IMG/VR virus record: IMGVR_UViG_3300042541_001664
Location: 9,457-73,456 of that record
Origin: a virus
Length of the DNA stretch: 64,000 bases
Strand: one strand, 5' to 3'
Shown here: in pieces, positions 19,939 through 30,049 of the stretch
Numbering within the stretch: the first letter of the stretch is position 1
Layout: each line of letters starts with the position of its first letter
Program-made: the position numbers and the translations under genes
The notes under the pieces: model-generated
Database searches by the model: none
Told to the model about the DNA's origin: nothing
The model's input: the letters and a program-made list of their open reading frames with translations, nothing else

Positions 19939-20685
19939 ATGGCAAAAACAATAAGATTAACGGAGAATGATTTACAATTAATCATTAGAAGAATTATTTC
20001 TGAACAAAATCAAGCAACTATTGCTCAATATAAACAAATATTTGTTGATTCAGGTAAGATTAGCGAAGAAGTTTATGACGAGATTGTGTCAGCTGCTGGC
20101 GGTAAAGGTGCTTATATTAAATGGTTATCTGCAAGAGTTGCTGAAAAGAAAGTTCTTGAAGAAGATATCTACAAATATGAGGACTATTTCAAATCATTTG
20201 ATGATGCAAAAAAATCAAATGCAGGTAAAGCGTTTTTCTCTATATTAGATATCAATCAGATTAAATCTAGTCGTGATATTAGAGAATTTGAAAAAGCAGC
20301 AATTGCTTTCAAAGAGAAAGGTATTGAATTTGGTATGGATGATGAGCTTGGTAGTAGTGAGAATTTAGTTTCAAAAAATGATTTATTGAAATTAGATGCT
20401 GCTGGAATTAAGTTACTAGGCCTTGTTGATGGGTATCAAATATTTAAAATATCTGACATTTCAAAAGAAACGCATAAGGTATATTGTGATATTTTATTTA
20501 AAGCTCAAAAAGGTGCTGAAATTAAATTCTGTACTTTTGGACATGGGCATTATAGCAGATATTTAAAAGACTACCCCGGGTCAGCATATTATTTCATATT
20601 TAATTTGGGTGATCCTATGGCACCTTATCAATTCCATTATGAGTCAAATCAATTTATGGATAGAAGAGACCAACAAATATTTTAA
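19939..20685 (+). CDS. phage protein with IISEQ leader
   Basis: MAKTIRLTENDLQLIIRRIISEQ; C-terminal FCT...YQFHYESNQFMD domain shared with 22738..24660. Confidence 0.8.
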   Translation: MAKTIRLTENDLQLIIRRIISEQNQATIAQYKQIFVDSGKISEEVYDEIVSAAGGKGAYIKWLSARVAEKKVLEEDIYKYEDYFKSFDDAKKSNAGKAFFSILDINQIKSSRDIREFEKAAIAFKEKGIEFGMDDELGSSENLVSKNDLLKLDAAGIKLLGLVDGYQIFKISDISKETHKVYCDILFKAQKGAEIKFCTFGHGHYSRYLKDYPGSAYYFIFNLGDPMAPYQFHYESNQFMDRRDQQIF

Positions 20686-20723
20686 GGTATTTAAAAATAA
20701 CTTAATTAAAAAAAAGGAAATCA

Positions 20724-20996
20724 TTAATCAATGGTTTCCTTTTTTAATTTATACCCCTCCATACTAATCCATTTCCCAATGATACTCCCAACAATATATA
20801 CGGGGACTACAGCATAGTTATGGTTAAATAGGTTATCCAATGAATAATATGCTGTACACAATGATGTCAAGTTAATCCAAACAGAATTAATCAATAGTCG
20901 GTTTAACTTATTTTCATAGGTGTATTTTATTTCCAATGTTTTAAAAATATTAAAAACAATTTGAAATATAAAAATTAAAATATATTCAAAAATCAT
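20724..20996 (-). CDS. small multi-TM membrane protein
   Basis: three hydrophobic segments; YIVGSIIG. Confidence 0.7.
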   Translation of the reverse strand: MIFEYILIFIFQIVFNIFKTLEIKYTYENKLNRLLINSVWINLTSLCTAYYSLDNLFNHNYAVVPVYIVGSIIGKWISMEGYKLKKETID

Positions 20997-21772
20997 TACT
21001 TTGTTATACGAAGTCCAGCGCCAATCGAAAAGTCTGGGTTTATTGGGTCTATATCAAACTTAATAACAATTTTCTTAAAGTCAAATAACCCCCCAAATTT
21101 AATTCCAACAAAACTCTTACCAAATTTTGGAAATGAATATGATTTGCTGCCATTTAAAACTGCCAAGTCATCAATAAACTGATAATTAACAACTCTACTA
21201 CCAAAACCAACTGAAATAAACGGTGAAATAAAGCCTATACGTTGGCCATATCCAGCATAAATCCTATAACCCTTCTCTATATCCTTTAATCGCTCATCAT
21301 TCCACTGGATGGCATTCTGTATGTTAATATTGGAATAAAATTCACTATTATCTAGGTTTGGTCTAAACATAACATCCGCAATAAAGAATTTATCTTCACC
21401 AATTGTGGTAAATAACCCATAAAGTCTTGTTGATTTGGATAAACCAATAGTTCCATTGAATGGTTTAAGTGGAGCATATGGTAATCCTGTATATGTTGGG
21501 GAATATTGGTGATATCTCCTAGTATCTCTACCAATATATCTGGTAATTTGGTTTGGATTATAATATGGGTTGACATTATAAAATCCGTTATCCATAAATC
21601 TTGGATTTTCTTGAATTATAACAACATTTGGTGTTTTAGGTGCAAATTTTTCATTCCTAATGCTTTGTTTTTCCCTCAATTCTTCACTTTTTGACATTTC
21701 TGTCTTTTGTTTGGAATTATCTTGCCCAATAACCATTATTGGAAATAATAATAAGAGTATTAAATTTTTCAT
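20996..21772 (-). CDS. secreted, possibly outer-membrane beta-barrel protein
   Basis: signal peptide MKNLILLLLFPIMVIGQ; alternating beta pattern ending FSIGAGLRI. Confidence 0.65.
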   Translation of the reverse strand: MKNLILLLLFPIMVIGQDNSKQKTEMSKSEELREKQSIRNEKFAPKTPNVVIIQENPRFMDNGFYNVNPYYNPNQITRYIGRDTRRYHQYSPTYTGLPYAPLKPFNGTIGLSKSTRLYGLFTTIGEDKFFIADVMFRPNLDNSEFYSNINIQNAIQWNDERLKDIEKGYRIYAGYGQRIGFISPFISVGFGSRVVNYQFIDDLAVLNGSKSYSFPKFGKSFVGIKFGGLFDFKKIVIKFDIDPINPDFSIGAGLRITK

Positions 21773-21866
21773 ATGTAGTTTTATTATAAATATGAGTAAT
21801 TAAAGCAATAAAATAAATTAATTTTAACAATATTAATATTTGTAATATATTTATTTTATAAAAAAG

Positions 21867-22574
21867 ATGAAAATAAGTGATTATTTAACAATTGTTATCC
21901 CATGTAAAAATGAAAAGAATGTAATAATAGACTGTTTAACTTATTTGGATAAACAAACTGATATTTTAGGAACAAATGTTTATATTTGTGACTCATCTAA
22001 TGATAGAATTACAAAAAGTTTGATAAAATTAAATGAATTTAATAATTTGAATATCGAAATGCTGTCTGGGGGGTTACCTGCGAAGGCTAGAAACATAGGT
22101 TTTAAACGTTCAAATACAATTTATACATTATTTCTGGATGCTGATGTTTTTTTGAAAGATAAAAATTTATTATTAAATTGTGTGAATGATTCATTAGATA
22201 ATTACTTAGATTTGCTTACCGTTAAATTTAAAACATTAAATGGTAAATATGATTTTGTTTATATTATGCTTGATTTTTTAAGGAAAATGGTTTCAAGGAT
22301 ATCCCCATTTTGTCTAGGCGGATTTATGTTTTTTAGAACATTAAAATTACGTGAATTGGGTGGATTTAATAATGAATGTGTTTTTGCTGAAGATTATGAG
22401 TTAAGCAAAAGAGTTGAACCAAAGAAATTTAAAGTTAGTAAGCAATACGCTTATACATTAAATAGAAGATTTGAATCCAAAGGTATTTATTATATGGGTA
22501 AAATGCTTTTTAAGTCTTTTATAAATAGGAATAATCCAGAATTCTTTAAACAATCGCATAAATATTGGGATTAA
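21867..22574 (+). CDS. glycosyltransferase family 2
   Basis: IVIPCKNE, ARNIG, FLDAD, GGFNN..FAED. Confidence 0.92.
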   Translation: MKISDYLTIVIPCKNEKNVIIDCLTYLDKQTDILGTNVYICDSSNDRITKSLIKLNEFNNLNIEMLSGGLPAKARNIGFKRSNTIYTLFLDADVFLKDKNLLLNCVNDSLDNYLDLLTVKFKTLNGKYDFVYIMLDFLRKMVSRISPFCLGGFMFFRTLKLRELGGFNNECVFAEDYELSKRVEPKKFKVSKQYAYTLNRRFESKGIYYMGKMLFKSFINRNNPEFFKQSHKYWD

Positions 22575-22575
22575 T

Positions 22576-22731
22576 ATGAAATTAATTAATGTTGCAAAAA
22601 GTTTAATCTTGGAGGCATCTGCAAAGGATGTTTTGGTTAATAAGTTAAAATTAAGTGATGAAGCTGCTGATTTCTTTGTTGAAAATTTTTATGAACTATG
22701 TTCAGAATATAATATACCAATTGAAAAATAA
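22576..22731 (+). CDS. 51-aa leader-bearing ORF, possibly a deletion remnant
   Basis: MKLINVAKSLILEASAKDVLVNKLKLSDEAADFF...PIEK*; below the ORF-track cutoff. Confidence 0.55.
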   Translation: MKLINVAKSLILEASAKDVLVNKLKLSDEAADFFVENFYELCSEYNIPIEK

Positions 22732-22737
22732 AAAAAT

Positions 22738-24660
22738 ATGAAACTATTAAACTCTTTAAAATCCATAATTTCTGAAGCAAAGTCTTTGGAAGAAATTTAT
22801 AACCAGTATTATAGTGATATACCTTTGCAAATATTTACTAGAATTATAAAGGCAGATCCCAAAACGGTTGTTAAAAATGATAAAATAGTAAAAGTTGGTA
22901 AATATGCCAAAATATTACTAAACATTTATAAAATTGGTAATATGCCAAATCTTGAAAATTTGGTTGAAGCCACCAGATACTTAAAAATAGTTTATGATAA
23001 AAATTTGAGTATTGATATTAAGAATATCAAGCAAATATCAGATTTATATGATATTGTAAAAAAGTATATTGTATCTATTGAAACACCCATAAGGGAAATT
23101 TTAAAAGAATTGCCAAAAGATTCATATAAACTTCTGCATAATGGAGAAAATTGGGTTGTTTTTAGACCTTTAACAGAGAAGGCAGCAGCCTGGCTTGGTG
23201 TTGGTTCATCTTGGTGTACAACTTGGGGTAAATATAGTTTAGACCCAGCATACAAGAGTAGAGCCAACTTATTTACAACATACAATTATGCACCAATATA
23301 TATTATGATTGATAAGAGTGATGAAAAACACAAATACCAATTTCAATTTAAAAAGGATGAATTTAGAGATGTTAGAGATGGAATGATAAATGTGAAAAAG
23401 TTTTTTAATGACCATCAAGAATTGAGGGAATTTTATTTTCCTTTATTATTAAATAAAGAAGGTGTTTTTACTGAAGAAGAACAATTTGAAAGATTAAATA
23501 CCCTTCCAGATATGTTTTCAGGTAAAATACAATCCATTAGAATTGAAAGATTGATTGAATCTGGTATAACTAATAAAATTGCTTTGGCATTTGCCAATAA
23601 TGATACTTATAGCCAATTAACAGAAGATGATGAAGAGGAAGGAATAATACCACTTATTAGTGATAGAAATTTTTATGATATATCATATGATGGGTCAAAC
23701 ATTGATTTTGAAATTATAGGATCTTTCAAAAAAATTGGAAATTATTCTTCAATTGAGAATTTAAAAAATCATATTGATTACCTAGAAGGATTAAAAAGAA
23801 ATACTAATTTATCTGAGGAGATATATGAAGAAAGATATGATTTTGGTGATGTTGTAAAAGACTATGTGGATGATTATTTTGAAAAAAATAGTTCGGATAT
23901 AAAGTATAGGAATTACAATTTCCCAACATTAGATAGATTTAAACAATATTTTTTAAATATTATAAGTAATAGAAAGTCAAGTTATTTTGATAAAATATTT
24001 GATAAATGGTCAGATAAAACATATGATGCAACCATATCAAGTTATAATGGTGCTATAGAAAATGATTTAGATTCTATAAAAAAATATGCATTTATAAGCG
24101 AATCAGGATATTATTCACGTACACAAGTTTTGAGTGTGAATTCTTATGAGTTTATCCAATATGTTAATAGACAAAGAATCGACCAAATAACTGATATCTG
24201 CCAACTTTTTGAAGATTATATTGATTATGCTGATATTGTAACTGATGAATGGTATGTTGAGTTTGATAGAGTATATCCCTCATCTGAAGATATGTATCCA
24301 GTTATTGCAGATGTATTAGAAAATGTCATTATAGAAGAATTTGGATCTGTGGATGACCCAAATCCAGAAAGTCTAAAAATTAGAATGAAATTAGTGGAAA
24401 TAATTGAAAAATATTTTAAGGAAAATAAGGGATATGATTGGAAATATAGGGAATATCCCAATATTTTTGATGGAACACTTGTAAAGATATATTTAAACCC
24501 ACAAATTGATTTTGATGATTCAACTGTTAAAATAATCTTGATTGATAAGAAAACAAAAAATGAATATACTGGAAATATGCCTATTGATGAATTATATAAT
24601 ACTATGTTTAATTACAAACTAGATTTATTTTTGGATAATACTGATGCCAAGGAAGTCTAA
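22738..24660 (+). CDS. large phage protein with IISE leader
   Basis: MKLLNSLKSIISEAK; WVVFRPLTEKAAAWLG..SWCT...KYQFQF domain. Confidence 0.8.
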   Translation: MKLLNSLKSIISEAKSLEEIYNQYYSDIPLQIFTRIIKADPKTVVKNDKIVKVGKYAKILLNIYKIGNMPNLENLVEATRYLKIVYDKNLSIDIKNIKQISDLYDIVKKYIVSIETPIREILKELPKDSYKLLHNGENWVVFRPLTEKAAAWLGVGSSWCTTWGKYSLDPAYKSRANLFTTYNYAPIYIMIDKSDEKHKYQFQFKKDEFRDVRDGMINVKKFFNDHQELREFYFPLLLNKEGVFTEEEQFERLNTLPDMFSGKIQSIRIERLIESGITNKIALAFANNDTYSQLTEDDEEEGIIPLISDRNFYDISYDGSNIDFEIIGSFKKIGNYSSIENLKNHIDYLEGLKRNTNLSEEIYEERYDFGDVVKDYVDDYFEKNSSDIKYRNYNFPTLDRFKQYFLNIISNRKSSYFDKIFDKWSDKTYDATISSYNGAIENDLDSIKKYAFISESGYYSRTQVLSVNSYEFIQYVNRQRIDQITDICQLFEDYIDYADIVTDEWYVEFDRVYPSSEDMYPVIADVLENVIIEEFGSVDDPNPESLKIRMKLVEIIEKYFKENKGYDWKYREYPNIFDGTLVKIYLNPQIDFDDSTVKIILIDKKTKNEYTGNMPIDELYNTMFNYKLDLFLDNTDAKEV

Positions 24661-24663
24661 ATG

Positions 24664-24699
24664 AAAAACCCCCAGACAAATTATGCTTGGGGGTTTTTT
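24664..24699. terminator. bidirectional intrinsic terminator
   Basis: aaaaaccccca/tgggggtttttt between convergent genes. Confidence 0.75.
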
Positions 24700-24700
24700 A

Positions 24701-25564
24701 TTAAAGTAATCTACTTATTTTTTCTGCTAATTCGCTAATAAGATATTTTGAACTATTTTGAAAATATCTAAAATGGTCAAAACGCAAGTAATTTTCATTA
24801 AATTCATCTTTTGGTAAAACCATATCTTTTTTAAAGTCAAATCTTGTAATACCTTCTGGGTTTTTATATCCCTTTGTAAAATCTTTATTGAGGGTGCTTA
24901 TGGTCTCTAATTCATCATCCTTTGGATTATATGCGTGAAATGGTCTACCTTTAACTTTAGTCATAAATTGGGCTTCATCTCCAAAGTTATAATGTGAAAA
25001 TGTATCTGTGTCATCTAATCCAGGATATGATGTATTATTTGTTCCATATAAATATTTACTTCCACTATCCTTTTCAAAAATCATTACAGCATCTTGGCAA
25101 AATAGTTTTCCTAATTTTATAATGTTATCAATAAACTTGGGGTCTTCATTAAGATTTACAACAAACAAAGAATCTTCTTTTTTTTCTTTAGGTTCTGCTC
25201 TTACAATAACTTCTCCTGATTCTGCATCCAATTCTTTTTGTTTATCACTAATATAATTTTCAATATAATTACCTTTAACATTTGTTATGGCATACTTGTT
25301 ATTTAACAAAAAGGCTTTAAGTGCCTTATTTCTTCCTTTGTTGTCAGATATATTTATTTTTGTTAAATCTTCTGTATCATATAAACAATTAACTAATTCA
25401 TCCCTAAATGCTGTTATGATTGCACAATCATACTTTTTAGTAAGACTTAATACCCTACTCATAGATGATTCAGTTAGGATTTCTGGAACTTTTGGTTTGT
25501 TATTTAAATGTGAATAGTCAGTTTCATTCAATAACTTATTAAATTTGTCTATTAAATCTCTCAT
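24701..25564 (-). CDS. T4-like phage protein (DUF3293-like)
   Basis: ESSMSRV, IITAFR, RNKALK, EDSLFV, LGKLFCQDAV. Confidence 0.7.
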   Translation of the reverse strand: MRDLIDKFNKLLNETDYSHLNNKPKVPEILTESSMSRVLSLTKKYDCAIITAFRDELVNCLYDTEDLTKINISDNKGRNKALKAFLLNNKYAITNVKGNYIENYISDKQKELDAESGEVIVRAEPKEKKEDSLFVVNLNEDPKFIDNIIKLGKLFCQDAVMIFEKDSGSKYLYGTNNTSYPGLDDTDTFSHYNFGDEAQFMTKVKGRPFHAYNPKDDELETISTLNKDFTKGYKNPEGITRFDFKKDMVLPKDEFNENYLRFDHFRYFQNSSKYLISELAEKISRLL

Positions 25565-25645
25565 TTGTTTTTCTAAATAAATATTACCAATGCTAAAATA
25601 TATGAAAAAGCCTGCTAATAAGCAAACTTTTCCACATAAAAATGG

Positions 25646-25858
25646 TTATTTTTCAATAAACATATTTGTTTGGTTTACTGGAAACCTAGCGACTGGATAA
25701 GTCTTTTCGTCTTCATCTTTTTGTTTAACTTCATAATATCCATCATAAATTTTAACTGTTGGTACAGAATTAAATTTACAAATGAGGGTACCTTCAGATT
25801 TTTGACCTTCAAAAACTCTAACAGTTTTTTCTGTTGTGTTAAATAGTAATGTTTGCAT
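25646..25858 (-). CDS. hypothetical protein
   Basis: 70 aa ORF with an A-rich leader. Confidence 0.7.
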   Translation of the reverse strand: MQTLLFNTTEKTVRVFEGQKSEGTLICKFNSVPTVKIYDGYYEVKQKDEDEKTYPVARFPVNQTNMFIEK

Positions 25859-25931
25859 TGTTTTGTTTTTAAATTTTATAAGACATATTGTCTATTGGTT
25901 AAGTATATCATAATTTACAATTAAATCAATA

Positions 25932-26585
25932 TCATCCTACAACATTTACCAATTCTTCTGTGTGGTGGTCAAATCCCATATCTGACGCAATTGGTTGTTT
26001 ATTTAGAATAGAAAGAACCTCTTTAAAATTATATGGCCTAAACTCTGGGTGTCCATCCATCCCCACGTCCATTCTTTTGCCTTTTCCGAGCCTTTTATTG
26101 GTTGGAAGGTGGCAGTGTCCGTGTAAGTGTATAACCCCCTTGTTTAAGCCATTCCAGGATGCTATGGGGTAGTGGCAAAGGACAAATTTATTATTATCAA
26201 ACTCAAGTTCAACATAGGAGTTAACGCTCATAAATAATCTCTGGATGTTATCTTTGTTTTTCTCAATGTGGTCATCGTGATTTCCAAGAACAAGGTGGAT
26301 ATTCTTGCAAACTAGTCGATTGTGAAATTCTGCTATGCTATCAAACCCACCAAATGACCAGTCGCCCAAGCATATTAATATGTCATCTTGATTTACAATT
26401 GCATTTATGTTGTTAACAATAGCGGCATTCATTTTCTCAATTGATTCAAAATCCCTTGTGTTCTCTGTTGGGACTTGACCATCTTTGGTTCTCCAATTGG
26501 TTGTTCCCCTACATATGTTATTGTGGTTATAGTGGGGATCACTAAAAATCCAAATTTGCCTTTCTTTTTTAATTTTTAACTTCAT
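25932..26585 (-). CDS. calcineurin-like metallophosphoesterase
   Basis: SDPH, LGD, GNHD, CHYP, HLHGHCH, DVGMD; start MKLKIKK. Confidence 0.92.
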   Translation of the reverse strand: MKLKIKKERQIWIFSDPHYNHNNICRGTTNWRTKDGQVPTENTRDFESIEKMNAAIVNNINAIVNQDDILICLGDWSFGGFDSIAEFHNRLVCKNIHLVLGNHDDHIEKNKDNIQRLFMSVNSYVELEFDNNKFVLCHYPIASWNGLNKGVIHLHGHCHLPTNKRLGKGKRMDVGMDGHPEFRPYNFKEVLSILNKQPIASDMGFDHHTEELVNVVG

Positions 26586-26607
26586 TTTGTTTTGTTTTGG
26601 TGTGATG

Positions 26608-26615
26608 CAAAGATA
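26608..26615 (-). promoter_or_regulatory. Bacteroidota -7 element
   Basis: TATCTTTG 22 nt upstream of the ATG. Confidence 0.6.
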
Positions 26616-26657
26616 CAAAAAAAATGGAAATAATGATATATTTATATAAAAAAAATT

Positions 26658-27113
26658 ATGAAAACAATAAGATTAACAGAATCTGATTTAAATAAAATAA
26701 TAAGAAGAATTATATATGAACAAGATGACCAGACATTCGACCAAATGTTAGATACTATAGAAAAATCAATAACAATAAAACCAAATAGTATTAATAGATT
26801 TTCTAAATCAATAAATTGGGGGTATAATAATACAAATGTAACATACCCCTGGCGTTACAGTATTTCTTTTACTTTTGAAGGTGCAAATAATTTTATTACA
26901 ATAGAATTAGCTGTTTCACCATCGACAACAACTATATCTAAAGAACTTAGAGCCATTTTAAATACTTACCCAGATATTTCAAAAGAAATATTAGGTGGGG
27001 GAGACCGATTTATGTTAACTTATAATTTTAATATGGACAAATTAAATACCGTTATTGAATTCAGTAAAAAAATATTACAAGTTTGTAGTAAATTTACAAC
27101 TGGTAGAATTTAA
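26658..27113 (+). CDS. phage protein with IIYEQ leader
   Basis: MKTIRLTESDLNKIIRRIIYEQ, nearly the same leader as 19939. Confidence 0.8.
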   Translation: MKTIRLTESDLNKIIRRIIYEQDDQTFDQMLDTIEKSITIKPNSINRFSKSINWGYNNTNVTYPWRYSISFTFEGANNFITIELAVSPSTTTISKELRAILNTYPDISKEILGGGDRFMLTYNFNMDKLNTVIEFSKKILQVCSKFTTGRI

Positions 27114-27574
27114 TTAAACCAATAAGGAATTTCTCTATTTTTCCAAGTGGCAAAACCTTTTTTTTCGCCAATATAGTAGTTTCTATATGATTGAACAAAA
27201 TCATCAACTTTATATTGGTCTGGCATAGCCAAAGCTGGTGGGGTAAACCCAATATCTGGAATATTTGGCAAATTATTCAAACACCATTGAATCACATCAG
27301 TTGATTTGTGGTGTTTGTTGTATCTATATGTATATTCTTTTGATAATTCAAGCCCAAGTTCACACAAATATAAATAATTTGTTAAAGATGTTCTGCACCA
27401 GATAGAACATGGATGATTTTTATGTGCCAACTTATATGGTGGTTCACCATCTCCACATAAATGGTTCGCTGAACATAGCAATTGTGCGGTTTCTAATATC
27501 ATCTTAACAACATGTTTATCACAATGATATTGAGCGTTTATTTGGGGATTTTCATCCAATAAGAATATGTTCAT
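27110..27574 (-). CDS. pyrimidine-dimer DNA glycosylase / endonuclease V-like protein
   Basis: MNIFLLD...HCDKHVVKMILETAQLL, HKNHPC..W, AMPD..K, SYRNYY. Confidence 0.85.
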   Translation of the reverse strand: MNIFLLDENPQINAQYHCDKHVVKMILETAQLLCSANHLCGDGEPPYKLAHKNHPCSIWCRTSLTNYLYLCELGLELSKEYTYRYNKHHKSTDVIQWCLNNLPNIPDIGFTPPALAMPDQYKVDDFVQSYRNYYIGEKKGFATWKNREIPYWFN

Positions 27575-27585
27575 GTTTTTTTTTG

Positions 27586-27593
27586 CAAATATA
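27586..27593 (-). promoter_or_regulatory. Bacteroidota -7 element
   Basis: TATATTTG upstream of 27574. Confidence 0.55.
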
Positions 27594-27638
27594 CAAAAAT
27601 TTTGAATAGTTGGTAATATTTATAATAAAATTAAAACT

Positions 27639-28148
27639 ATGAATTCTTATTTTTTTAAAATAACAGATGAAGAGAAAACAAATATTCTAAGCAAACACAG
27701 AGAATTATATGATGGCTATGTTTCTATGCAAAAAAAACAAAGCCCACAACAAATAAGTGTGTATAATGACATTAGCGATAACAAAGGTTTTACCTTAAAA
27801 AATAGCGATATTATAAGGGAAAGCAAAGATAATATGTGCGAGCAATGTGGCAGCAAAATGAACGAAAAGGAATGTCCTGAATGTGGTGCTATGAACGAAA
27901 ATTGGGATACAGAGGATTTAAATTTAGATAATTCTATGGATTTTATTGAAAGTGAAGAGTATCTATATGAACTAAATATTGAGGAGAATAAAAAATACTC
28001 CCCAATAATGGAATCTTTTATTAGAATTGCTAGTGAAATGAATTTAATTTATGAAACCCCAAAAGTTAATAAAACAATCAAATCTAATCGTTTAAATGAA
28101 GAATTAGATAATATTAAAAGTTTTATGACTAAAATTAATGCTTATTAA
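27639..28148 (+). CDS. zinc-ribbon protein with leader
   Basis: CEQCG...CPECG; N-terminal ITDEEKTNILSKH; C-terminal LNEELDNIKS. Confidence 0.75.
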   Translation: MNSYFFKITDEEKTNILSKHRELYDGYVSMQKKQSPQQISVYNDISDNKGFTLKNSDIIRESKDNMCEQCGSKMNEKECPECGAMNENWDTEDLNLDNSMDFIESEEYLYELNIEENKKYSPIMESFIRIASEMNLIYETPKVNKTIKSNRLNEELDNIKSFMTKINAY

Positions 28149-28159
28149 AAACCATTATA

Positions 28160-28459
28160 ATGGAGATTAAAGAACTTATTACATTTTTTGTTGATAAAGA
28201 GGTAAATATTTTAGATGTGACTTTTAGATTAATAGACGATTTGGATGATACAATTAGACAATGCCAAATTGATTATGATTTAGCCGAAGAATATGGTTAT
28301 TCATTAACAAATTCTTATTTATATTTTCCAGATAATGAAAATGATTTAGATATGGAAGAATTTGATGAGAATGAGGTGGATAAAAATGAACTTATAAATT
28401 TTTTAACAGAATACTTCACTATAAACCCAGATCAATTACCAAAAACGCAAAACTATTAA
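28160..28459 (+). CDS. acidic hypothetical protein
   Basis: 99 aa ORF in an operon. Confidence 0.75.
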   Translation: MEIKELITFFVDKEVNILDVTFRLIDDLDDTIRQCQIDYDLAEEYGYSLTNSYLYFPDNENDLDMEEFDENEVDKNELINFLTEYFTINPDQLPKTQNY

Positions 28460-28461
28460 AT

Positions 28462-28710
28462 ATGAAATCTAAAAAACAATTTGGCGAACAAGAAGACGCA
28501 GCAGCCGCTTCTACTAATAGTACGCCAGCAACTGGTGGTGGAACACCAGCAAGTAAATGGGACTCAGGTGTTGTCAGAGGAAAAGCAAACCCCGTTGATA
28601 GCAAATCAAAATGGGATTCAGGCGCAGCCAGAGGTAAAGCAAACCCTATTGATAGCAAATCAAAATGGGAATCAGGTTTAACTAGGGGAAAAGCAAATCC
28701 TTTAAATTAA
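28462..28710 (+). CDS. small protein with three 18-aa repeats
   Basis: SKW(D/E)SGxxRGKANP x3. Confidence 0.75.
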   Translation: MKSKKQFGEQEDAAAASTNSTPATGGGTPASKWDSGVVRGKANPVDSKSKWDSGAARGKANPIDSKSKWESGLTRGKANPLN

Positions 28711-28715
28711 AAATT

Positions 28716-30026
28716 ATGGAAAATATAGATAAAAAAATAGATGTTTTGTTAAGGCAAAAATTATTGATGGGGTATAATCCATCTGATAATTTAAATGAAA
28801 ATATTTCTATAGTAAAAGATTCAATCAATAAGAAAGAAAAATTAGATGAAGTTATTCTACCAGCAGGAGCAGCAGCATTAGCAGCTGGTGGTGGTGGTGC
28901 GACTGCGGCTGCATTAGGGGGGGCATCTCTTCTATTACCTGGTTTAGCCATAGCAGGTGGTATTGTTTTGGCAGGTTGGGGAATTTGGAATTTTGTTGAT
29001 GGTTCTGGTAGGAATGTTGTTAGAAACAAAATTGAAGATTTTTTTAATTTTTGCAAAAGAAATCGCAATCCTTTAAATGTTGATCGCACTAAAACCAATA
29101 ATATAGCAAAAGAACTTTGGACTGCATTTGAAAGAAAAGGATTTTTGGGTACAGGAATTGGTACTGATGAAGAAGGAGTTTATAATGCACTTAAAAAACT
29201 TTCAAGTATAGGAGAGTTTTGCTCTGTAATTGATGAATATTATAGAGATTATGCTCAAGGCGGTTCATCTTTATGGCGAGAAATAAAAGATGAAATGTGG
29301 AGAACTGCTGAACTAGGAAAAGTAGAAGCAATTTTAGCTAAACTTTATAGTCAAGCACAACAAGATTTGGGTCAAAGGACGTCATGTCTTGTTAAATTAA
29401 TTAAGAGAAGATTTAATACTACTACTTTACCAACGGGAGGTACTCTACTTATAGCCGCAACAAGTAATAAAGATATTGATGCGCATGGTGGTATAGTATT
29501 AAAAGGTTTATTTCCAGATGCTACCGGGATTAACTGGGAAACAAAAGATGGACAAATAAAAGGTGTAACTACATGTGCCCAAAACGGATGTGTTATATTT
29601 CAAGGTTCAAATGGGTGTAAATACCTTATTGACCAATGTAACCCTAGTGGTAAAGGATGTATAGGTGCTGCTGCAACTGGAGGTGGTGGCGCTGGAGGTG
29701 GTGCTGCTGTTGTTGGAGGTAGATTTTGCCCTAATGGGTATAACCCACCAACTGATGGCCTTTACAAAAAATGTACATCTGGTGACCTAGTTAAAAAAGT
29801 ACAAGAATGTTTGGGTGTGAATGTTGATGGTAAATTTGGACCTAGAACATTAAGAGCGCTTAGAATTAAAAAAGGTGTTGAGAGTTTTAAGGAAGAAAAT
29901 ATACCATCAATATGTGCTGCATCACTAGATAACCCAGTACAAGCAAATCAACAAACACAACCCCAAGCAAATGATTATGGATATCAAGCTTTAGAAGTTG
30001 TGCCATTAAATAAGCCAAACTTTTAA
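28716..30026 (+). CDS. membrane-anchored protein with an annexin-like repeat and a peptidoglycan-binding domain
   Basis: Gly/Ala-rich TM, GIGTDEEGVYNAL, VKKVQECLGVNVDGKFGPRT. Confidence 0.7.
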   Translation: MENIDKKIDVLLRQKLLMGYNPSDNLNENISIVKDSINKKEKLDEVILPAGAAALAAGGGGATAAALGGASLLLPGLAIAGGIVLAGWGIWNFVDGSGRNVVRNKIEDFFNFCKRNRNPLNVDRTKTNNIAKELWTAFERKGFLGTGIGTDEEGVYNALKKLSSIGEFCSVIDEYYRDYAQGGSSLWREIKDEMWRTAELGKVEAILAKLYSQAQQDLGQRTSCLVKLIKRRFNTTTLPTGGTLLIAATSNKDIDAHGGIVLKGLFPDATGINWETKDGQIKGVTTCAQNGCVIFQGSNGCKYLIDQCNPSGKGCIGAAATGGGGAGGGAAVVGGRFCPNGYNPPTDGLYKKCTSGDLVKKVQECLGVNVDGKFGPRTLRALRIKKGVESFKEENIPSICAASLDNPVQANQQTQPQANDYGYQALEVVPLNKPNF

Positions 30027-30049
30027 CAATAAATTTTAAATAAATTAAA

